Shown here: in pieces, positions 57,581-64,000 of the stretch
How positions within the stretch are numbered: position 1 is the first letter of the stretch
How the letters are laid out: each line of letters begins with the position of its first letter
IMG/VR virus record: IMGVR_UViG_3300017742_000001
Span: 28,487-92,486 of that record
Length of the DNA stretch: 64,000 nt
Source of the DNA: a virus
Direction: 5' to 3' (one strand)
Program-made: the position numbers and the translations under genes
Notes under the pieces: generated by a model
Databases searched by the model: none
Told to the model about the DNA's origin: nothing
Seen by the model: the letters and a program-made list of their open reading frames with translations, nothing else

Positions 57581-58278
57581 TAGGAATTGTAACTACATTT
57601 AGTGATGCAAACTTTAGTGAGTATGCACATCAATTTATTAATAGTGCAAGGCAATATGTACATCACGACATTAAAATGTATCTATATGTTGATAATGCAA
57701 GACCAGAACTTGCAAAGAATATGCAAACACTAGGACTAGAAGAATCTAATCCGCAACTAACACAGTTTAAACAAAGACACAAAGATAAAGACGAATCAAA
57801 TTTTATGTACGGAGGCAAACGCTTTGCACATAAAAGTTATGCAATCTGTCACGCAGCATTAAATAGTGATGTAGAAAAACTGTTTTGGTTTGATGCAGAT
57901 ACTGTATTTCAACAAGCAATTACACCTGAATATCTTAACAAGTTTTTACCTAATGGCACATTCACTTGCTATTTAGGCAGACCTGGTAGATATACTGAAA
58001 CAGGATTTATCGGATATAACTTAAAAGATCCTGCCTGTGTAGAGTTTATGGAAACGTATATTAGTTACTACAACGAAGATAAAATTTATGATTTACCGTT
58101 TCAAACTGATTGCCACGTATACGATGCAACCAGAGAACAAATGGTAGCACAAAATAAAATTAAAGCAACTGACCTTACACCAGGGATGGGTAAAAGTAAT
58201 TTTAACTTTATTCATAAAGGCTTTGCAGTACATAACAAAGGTGAACATAAACTTGGTAAAACCAAGAGGAAAAAATGA
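57577..58278 (+). CDS. GT-A nucleotide-diphospho-sugar transferase-like
   Basis: VTTFS, RFAHK, WFDAD, TETGF, DCHVYD, H.KG. Confidence 0.65.
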   Translation: MIGIVTTFSDANFSEYAHQFINSARQYVHHDIKMYLYVDNARPELAKNMQTLGLEESNPQLTQFKQRHKDKDESNFMYGGKRFAHKSYAICHAALNSDVEKLFWFDADTVFQQAITPEYLNKFLPNGTFTCYLGRPGRYTETGFIGYNLKDPACVEFMETYISYYNEDKIYDLPFQTDCHVYDATREQMVAQNKIKATDLTPGMGKSNFNFIHKGFAVHNKGEHKLGKTKRKK

Positions 58279-59252
58279 TGAGTAAAACAGCGTTTATTAC
58301 AGGAATGACAGGACAAGATGGTCCTTATCTTGCTAAATTTTTATTAGAAAAAGATTACAAAGTCTATGGACTTGTAAAAAGATATAGCAATCCTAATTTT
58401 GATAATATGGATTTTTTAGGTGTAACTGATAAAATTGAATTAATTACAGGTGATATTACAGACGAAAACTGTATGAATCATCTTATGAAATCACTAAAAC
58501 CAAATGAAGTTTATAACCTTGCAGCACAAAGTTTTGTTGGTGCAAGTTGGGATCTTAATAAACTAACTACTGAAGTTAATTCAATAGGTCCATTAAATAT
58601 TTTAAACGCTATTAAGAACAACACGCCCGATACACGTTATTACCAAGCAAGTACAAGTGAACTATACGGCAATGCTAATACAGAAGGTTTACAAGACGAA
58701 GACACACCATTCAAACCTAGATCACCTTATGGTGTAAGCAAACTATATGCATACTGGATGACTGTTAATTTTAGAGAAAGTTATAGTTTACACGCATCTA
58801 ACGGTATCCTGTTTAATCACGAATCACCTATTAGAGGTATTGAATTTGTAACACGCAAGATTACTGACGGTGTTGCTAAAATTAAACTAGGGCTTGCTAA
58901 AGATATTACACTAGGTAATTTGAAAGCAAAACGTGATTGGGGATTTGCTGGAGACTACGTTGAAGCAATGTGGGCAATGGTACAAAAAGATGAACCAGGC
59001 GACTATGTTATTGCAACTGGTAAAGAATACAGTATCGGTGATGTATTAGATATTGCTTTTCAACACGTAGGTATTAATGACTATCTAAGTTTAGTTAAAA
59101 GCGATCCTAGATTCAAACGTCCAGCAGAGTTACACGCATTACGTGGTAATCCGCAAAAAGCAATAGATGAACTAGATTGGAATCCACAAAAAACTACATT
59201 CGAACAAATGATTAAAGATATGGTAGATGCCGATTTAGAAAGGTTATCGTAA
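58275..59252 (+). CDS. gmd: GDP-mannose 4,6-dehydratase
   Basis: ITGMTGQDG.YLA, YNLAAQS.V, YQASTSELYG, PRSPYGVSK, LFNHESP.RG.EFVTRKI, RDWG.A.DYV. Confidence 0.95.
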   Translation: MMSKTAFITGMTGQDGPYLAKFLLEKDYKVYGLVKRYSNPNFDNMDFLGVTDKIELITGDITDENCMNHLMKSLKPNEVYNLAAQSFVGASWDLNKLTTEVNSIGPLNILNAIKNNTPDTRYYQASTSELYGNANTEGLQDEDTPFKPRSPYGVSKLYAYWMTVNFRESYSLHASNGILFNHESPIRGIEFVTRKITDGVAKIKLGLAKDITLGNLKAKRDWGFAGDYVEAMWAMVQKDEPGDYVIATGKEYSIGDVLDIAFQHVGINDYLSLVKSDPRFKRPAELHALRGNPQKAIDELDWNPQKTTFEQMIKDMVDADLERLS

Positions 59253-59986
59253 TGCAATTTCCATATCACTACGGTGTAAAAAATCTTGAACCATTACCTT
59301 ACGAACGCTTAGGATTTGCACAGCACGGCGAAACAGGCATTATCGAAACAATGACTGATGCTATTAAAAACAAAACTAAAACTTTTTTTGAAATTGGTTT
59401 TAGTAGCGGTGCAATGAATATGACTAGAGATTTGTTTACTAAAGACTGGAGTGGTGTTGGAGTTGATATGTTTGACAAGCCGTCAGATAAACTAGGCCCG
59501 TTACCACAAGTTAAGTATATCAAATGTAAAGCAGAACCAGATAACTTAATAGACATACTACAAGAAGTTGACATACAAGTTGACTTTTTTAGTTTAGACA
59601 TTGACAGTTACGATTACGATATAGCCAACAAACTATTATCGTTAGGCTGGCAACCAAAGACAGTTTGTTTAGAGTTCAATCCTAAGTTTGGTCCAACTGC
59701 TCACGCAAGTTTTCCTTTTGCTGTTGGAAAGAAACTGTTTAACAAAAAAGGTTTATATGGTTCTAGTTTAGCAAAGTATATTGATTTGTGGACATCACAC
59801 GGATACAAGTACTTCGGATTTGACAGCACACTTACTAACGTATTCTTTTATCATCCAGACACTGTAAATGATCTGAGTAGTTTAAAAATATATCAACCTC
59901 AAGATCTTCCGTTTGCAAACGATGAAATTATGCGTACTATGATCAAGATGCATTCTGTTTGGGAAATTGGAGATATTTGGAAGTAA
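59252..59986 (+). CDS. FkbM-like methyltransferase-related protein
   Basis: Q.GE.GII, FFEIG, FSLDIDSYDY, EFNP, N.FF. Confidence 0.6.
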   Translation: MQFPYHYGVKNLEPLPYERLGFAQHGETGIIETMTDAIKNKTKTFFEIGFSSGAMNMTRDLFTKDWSGVGVDMFDKPSDKLGPLPQVKYIKCKAEPDNLIDILQEVDIQVDFFSLDIDSYDYDIANKLLSLGWQPKTVCLEFNPKFGPTAHASFPFAVGKKLFNKKGLYGSSLAKYIDLWTSHGYKYFGFDSTLTNVFFYHPDTVNDLSSLKIYQPQDLPFANDEIMRTMIKMHSVWEIGDIWK

Positions 59987-59994
59987 ATTAAAGA

Positions 59995-60023
59995 TTGACA
60001 TACAGTCAATTCTTTAGTATAAT
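59995..60023 (+). promoter_or_regulatory. Consensus sigma70 promoter with an inverted repeat over the -35
   Basis: TTGACA-N17-TATAAT; ATTGAC-N5-GTCAAT at 59994-60010. Confidence 0.85.
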
Positions 60024-60055
60024 GTATATACTACAAACAAACAGGAGTAGAACGT

Positions 60056-60253
60056 ATGCTTCATAAGATAAGCCAATTTTGCGATAAAATAGACGGAATC
60101 AAAAAAGATGCTGATAGACTCCGTGAAATCAAATACAATAATCCAAAGACAAATCATCGTGATCATATGATCCAAGGACTAATCGAACAGATACAATCCG
60201 ATTGTTACATAGTTAGTCAAGACAAGCAGGACTATAATAAAACGGAGGACTAG
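60056..60253 (+). CDS. Small hypothetical early protein
   Basis: AGGAG RBS directly after the promoter. Confidence 0.65.
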   Translation: MLHKISQFCDKIDGIKKDADRLREIKYNNPKTNHRDHMIQGLIEQIQSDCYIVSQDKQDYNKTED

Positions 60254-60254
60254 A

Positions 60255-60803
60255 TTGATAAGTCAAGACTATAAGAAAGTTCTAACAGACATTCACGCAA
60301 AAACCAAGTTTGGTAAAAGACGTAAACTGCCTTCGATGTTAGAAGATTACATTACAGAAAAGAATCCTAAAAGTATTTTGGATTTTGGATGTGGTAAAGG
60401 CAATCTGGTAGAAACTCTTAAAGAAAAATATCCACACAGAGAAATACTTGGATTTGATCCTGCTAATCCTAAATATGATATGTCGTTATGTAAAGTTGAT
60501 ATGATTATATCAACAGACGTACTAGAACACATTGAACCAAACTTACTTGCTGATACACTGCTTGAAATAAAAGCACATAGCAAATACATATTCCATCTTA
60601 TTAGTTGTGCGCCTGCAAAACTTATTTTGCCTGATGGACGTAATGCACACTTAATACAAGAAACACCGGAATGGTGGAAACAACAGTTTGCTAATCTTGG
60701 ATATACTGTAACAAAAGAACATTACACTGAATTATCTAAATATTCAAAACAACTCAAAAGAAAACTTCCTGTAAAAAATTATTACATAATGGCACAACAA
60801 TAA
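60255..60803 (+). CDS. Class I SAM-dependent methyltransferase
   Basis: ILDFGCGKG, G.DP, STDVLEHIEP, NAHL.Q..P.WW. Confidence 0.85.
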   Translation: MISQDYKKVLTDIHAKTKFGKRRKLPSMLEDYITEKNPKSILDFGCGKGNLVETLKEKYPHREILGFDPANPKYDMSLCKVDMIISTDVLEHIEPNLLADTLLEIKAHSKYIFHLISCAPAKLILPDGRNAHLIQETPEWWKQQFANLGYTVTKEHYTELSKYSKQLKRKLPVKNYYIMAQQ

Positions 60804-60804
60804 T

Positions 60805-61035
60805 ATGACTAAGATATACGAATCGCCAGACGGAGGAGAAACTGTATTCGAACGTGACACTGATACTAACGAACGAATAATAGTTGAAAAGAAGATGTAC
60901 CCAGATTGGTATCTTGATGATCATCAATTTAGTGAAATACAACATAAAGCAGTTAGGGGAAATAAGGTCTTGCAAAAAACACTAAAAGAGCTTAAACTGT
61001 TATATATGTTAACTAAGGATCCTACTAATGAGTAA
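60805..61035 (+). CDS. Small hypothetical protein (IYESPDGG.TV family)
   Basis: Coupled ORF. Confidence 0.6.
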   Translation: MTKIYESPDGGETVFERDTDTNERIIVEKKMYPDWYLDDHQFSEIQHKAVRGNKVLQKTLKELKLLYMLTKDPTNE

Positions 61036-61498
61036 ACAGCCTGGACTAAAACTAAATGAGATTTTAGGAGCCGTTGATTTGAACGGTAAAGAAGTATGGG
61101 ATGATCTTACAGAAGAGCAACGTAAGAGTGTCGTATTCTTCACGCTTAACCGCTATATAAGCAGCGTACAAGGGTCTCGAGAAGATATGGAGCACTTTGT
61201 ACTACTAGGAAATGAACGCTTTAATAAGCACCTTTTCCTGCTGTTAAACAAGCATAACAAACTGCTTTGGCAACTTGCTTGTAGTTGCGGACACGAATCC
61301 AAAAAAGTATTTTTCCATAAATGGTTGAAACTTACAAAAACTAAAAACAAGAAAGAAGAGTTTTTAGGTACACTATTTCCGAATATGAAAACAGCAGACA
61401 TACGTACAATGGCAGCAATTACTAGTGATAAAGAAGTTAAAGAATACTGTAAAGAACTAGGTTGGGATAAGAAACAGATCAATGCAATTAAGTTATAA
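61028..61498 (+). CDS. Possible clamp-loader small subunit (gp62-like)
   Basis: 'F.LNRY.S', 'H.KL.WQL', 'FHKW.K'; tentative resemblance only. Confidence 0.4.
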   Translation: MSKQPGLKLNEILGAVDLNGKEVWDDLTEEQRKSVVFFTLNRYISSVQGSREDMEHFVLLGNERFNKHLFLLLNKHNKLLWQLACSCGHESKKVFFHKWLKLTKTKNKKEEFLGTLFPNMKTADIRTMAAITSDKEVKEYCKELGWDKKQINAIKL

Positions 61499-62165
61499 GT
61501 GCGAGTATTGTGGTAAATCATTTGCTAAAGAAAAAACTTTGGCAGTGCATATCTGCGAGCAAAAGCGTAGACATCTAAGTAAGAATGAAAAGCACGTACA
61601 ACTTGCATTGCTAACGTATCAGCGTTTTTATGAAATAGCACAAGGCGGAAAAAAGAAAAGAGAATTTGAAGACTTTGCAAAAAGTCCTTACTATAATGCG
61701 TTTGTAAAATTTGGTAGTTTCGTATCAAATGTAAATCCGTTGATGCCTGATAGGTTTGTTGAGTATGTTGTACGCAGTGGTGTAAAACTTGACCATTGGT
61801 GTAGAGATGAATTATATGACAAGTATCTAGCAGAACTTGTTAGAATTGAGCCAGCCGAAAGTGCAATCACACGTAGTTGTAGTACAATGGTAGAATGGGC
61901 TAATGAAAATGATGCAGACTGGAATCATTATTTTAGTTATGTAAATTTGAACAGAGCAACACACGATATTAAAGAAGGAAGAATTAGTCCTTGGATATTG
62001 TTAAACTGCAAAGCAGGTAAAGATATGTTGCAGAATATGAATGACGAACAGTTAGCAATTGTATCACCGATAATTGATCCTAAGTTTTGGATGAAGAAAT
62101 TTAAGACATTACCAGCAGACGTAGAACTAGTTAGAGAAGTAGTACGAGAAGGCAAAGTAACGTGA
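61482..62165 (+). CDS. Zn-finger-containing hypothetical protein
   Basis: N-terminal CxxC-x12-HxC. Confidence 0.6.
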   Translation: MQLSYKCEYCGKSFAKEKTLAVHICEQKRRHLSKNEKHVQLALLTYQRFYEIAQGGKKKREFEDFAKSPYYNAFVKFGSFVSNVNPLMPDRFVEYVVRSGVKLDHWCRDELYDKYLAELVRIEPAESAITRSCSTMVEWANENDADWNHYFSYVNLNRATHDIKEGRISPWILLNCKAGKDMLQNMNDEQLAIVSPIIDPKFWMKKFKTLPADVELVREVVREGKVT

Positions 62166-62341
62166 ACACAAGAAAACTTAAAGACGGAACGGAAGTACAA
62201 GAACTTGACAAAAGTATACAATTAAGTATACTAACTAAGTGTCCTGGTAAATGGAAAATAGTTGATATGGAAACAGGACAAGAGTATGTTGCTAGTGGCG
62301 ACTATGAAATGTACAAACAATGGAAAGAAATTAAAAACTAA
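62162..62341 (+). CDS. Small hypothetical protein (59 aa, GTG start; not in ORF track)
   Basis: MNTRKLKDGTEVQEL...TKCPGKWKIVDMETGQEY...; overlaps both neighbours. Confidence 0.6.
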   Translation: MNTRKLKDGTEVQELDKSIQLSILTKCPGKWKIVDMETGQEYVASGDYEMYKQWKEIKN

Positions 62342-62919
62342 TGCCAGATATTGATATAGACTTTAAGGATCGAGAGAAAGCACTTGCGTTATTCAAGCAC
62401 GTAAGAGCAAGTCGTATTGATGATGGCGAACTAACAAAGCATAACACTGGCGTATATATGCACGAGGTTCCGACAGATCCAAGTAAATACATATGTTCAA
62501 TAGAACACAAAGAAGCAGAAGAACAAGGTCTATTCAAGATAGATTTTTTAAATGTTTCCTTGTATAATGATATTAAAAACGAAGAACATCTAGTCAAACT
62601 TACAGAAAAGGAACCGTTATGGGAATTACTCACCGAGCCAGACTTCAGCAACAAATTATTTCACGTAGGAGAACACAGTGGAGTTCTCAAAACAATGAAA
62701 CCACAAACAGTGGAACAGTTAGCAGCAGTACTAGCAATGATACGCCCAGCGAAGAGACATCTGATTGGACAGCCGTGGGATACGGTGATGAGTCAAGTGT
62801 GGACGAAGCCAACTAACGGTGAATACTACTTTAAAAAATCACACGCAACAGCATATGCAGTTGCAGTTGTTGTTAATATGAATTTAATATGTGAGCAATA
62901 TAATGAATTGGGAAGTTGA
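62341..62919 (+). CDS. Miniature DNA polymerase III alpha (DnaE)-like catalytic core
   Basis: MPDIDIDF, KHNTGVY, GLFKIDFL, LAMIRPA and YFKKSHATAYA mirror DnaE motifs in order. Confidence 0.8.
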   Translation: MPDIDIDFKDREKALALFKHVRASRIDDGELTKHNTGVYMHEVPTDPSKYICSIEHKEAEEQGLFKIDFLNVSLYNDIKNEEHLVKLTEKEPLWELLTEPDFSNKLFHVGEHSGVLKTMKPQTVEQLAAVLAMIRPAKRHLIGQPWDTVMSQVWTKPTNGEYYFKKSHATAYAVAVVVNMNLICEQYNELGS

Positions 62920-63142
62920 AGACTACAGAAAAAAAGAGCCCAAGCCTGACTTAGGTAGTTGGCCTTTTTGGACAGTGCCTGCTTGGTACGTGCCGTTATA
63001 CTTGTTGCGAGTGATATTCTGGGTATTTGTGTTGCCTTGGGCATTCGGACAAACACTTACAGCTCTTGGAACACTAGTAACTTTTTGTTTAATTGATTAT
63101 TGGATTTACTGGTCTATGAAGAAGGCTTACGGACAAGAGTAA
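62903..63142 (+). CDS. Small membrane protein
   Basis: Two hydrophobic Trp-rich segments; ATG at 62903. Confidence 0.5.
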   Translation: MNWEVEDYRKKEPKPDLGSWPFWTVPAWYVPLYLLRVIFWVFVLPWAFGQTLTALGTLVTFCLIDYWIYWSMKKAYGQE

Positions 63143-63488
63143 TTGATCTACGCTTGATACGTTTTATAATAATATTATTTAAACTTGTAACAGGACCAAA
63201 TTGAATCGTAACATCTTTTGTAGTATAGTTCCGTATAGCATACCTGTATTGTGCAATTTCACTCTTAAGAAATATGTTAATAGGAATTTGTCTGTTTGAT
63301 TCCCACCACCAAGCATCACCAAGCTCTAAGAAGTGTTTCTTTGCTTCATCACCCTCGATTAACTCGTAGTCATAGAAGCTCGTGACACTATTGTCTTGGT
63401 TTATAATGATGCCTACATATTCTTTGTCTGCGTGTGTTAAAACGCTGATAAATGGCATATTTTCTTTTAAGTTTTCTGTTATTCTCAT
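63114..63488 (-). CDS. Hypothetical protein
   Basis: PF.S...Y.GII.N.D...SFYD...FL.LG..WWWESNR.IPINIFL; likely start MRITE at 63488. Confidence 0.6.
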   Translation of the reverse strand: MRITENLKENMPFISVLTHADKEYVGIIINQDNSVTSFYDYELIEGDEAKKHFLELGDAWWWESNRQIPINIFLKSEIAQYRYAIRNYTTKDVTIQFGPVTSLNNIIIKRIKRRSITLVRKPSS

Positions 63489-63521
63489 CGATAAATATAG
63501 TAAAGGTTTAGTAATCACATT

Positions 63522-64000
63522 ATGCAATTAACTACAATATATTTATACCCAAACGTAGTCCAGGCCTATACAGAAATGGCTAGTGCTTACACACAGGAGA
63601 GATTTAGTATGGTCTATAGCCGCGCAATAAAAATTTATCGAGCAACCGATAATAGAATAGATCTTCAAGTTAAAAAAGGAGATCAAAAGAAAATTAATTT
63701 AACAGGATCCACAGTAGTGTTTTCGTTAGTGAGCAGAGAGGACAGCGAACTTGTTCTTAAGAAAGATGCAACTGCTGACGATGCTGCACTAGGAAGATTT
63801 TATGTCATTCTTACTGAAGAAGAAATGCGTGATATAGAACCCGGACAGTATTCATACAGTTTTATCAAAGAAACTAGAGAAGAAGTTACGACAGGACAAC
63901 ATAAAGTTACTTCTTCATATCCGTTGTACTTAGATAGTCAGTACGGTGCTGAAGGAACAATAGAAGTAAATGGCGATGTATACGGAGAACCATACGACAC
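63522..64000 (+). CDS. Putative virion protein (BppU-N-like), 3'-partial
   Basis: MQLTTIYLYPN...IKIYRATDNRIDLQVK..DQK.INL; open to the window end; TAAATA at 63492. Confidence 0.55.
   Translation, partial: MQLTTIYLYPNVVQAYTEMASAYTQERFSMVYSRAIKIYRATDNRIDLQVKKGDQKKINLTGSTVVFSLVSREDSELVLKKDATADDAALGRFYVILTEEEMRDIEPGQYSYSFIKETREEVTTGQHKVTSSYPLYLDSQYGAEGTIEVNGDVYGEPYD

Noticed and set aside
321-63056. Many short antisense or alternative-frame ORFs in the track (e.g. 2532..2831, 30000..30383, 42660..43079, 62331..62654)
   Set aside because: They lie wholly within well-supported genes and reflect codon bias of the sense strand. They have no recognisable motifs.
1-64000. CRISPR array, tRNA, rRNA or IS element
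   Set aside because: No regularly spaced repeats, cloverleaf signatures or transposase motifs seen by eye. Intergenic space is minimal.
1-64000. Alternative genetic code (stop recoding)
   Set aside because: Long genes are intact under code 11, and TAA, TAG and TGA all end genes at sensible positions.

Overview
This 64-kb window comes from a large, AT-rich T4-like (Tevenvirinae/Kyanoviridae-style) myophage, probably aquatic. From left to right it contains: (1) tail-fibre/receptor-binding genes, including three tandem His/Gly-rich paralogs; (2) a ~12-kb island of modifying enzymes, with 4 flavin-dependent halogenase-family proteins, 7 2OG-Fe(II) oxygenases and 2 paralogous 'CP'-motif proteins in two convergent operons, each headed by a late-promoter motif; (3) more virion proteins, including an S8 protease-Ig-cupredoxin fusion; (4) neck, tail and terminase genes; (5) a terminator-insulated pqqA (PQQ precursor peptide) missed by the ORF track; (6) gp32/uvsX/uvsY; (7) two glycan-synthesis clusters (glycosyltransferases, FkbM methyltransferases, gmd) around uvsW; and (8) a 192-aa miniature DnaE-like polymerase core. 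At least 8 genes have a TAAATA-N5-ATG arrangement, which predicts leaderless late mRNAs. I saw no tRNA, rRNA, CRISPR array or IS element. All calls come from motifs recognised by eye, and no database search was run.
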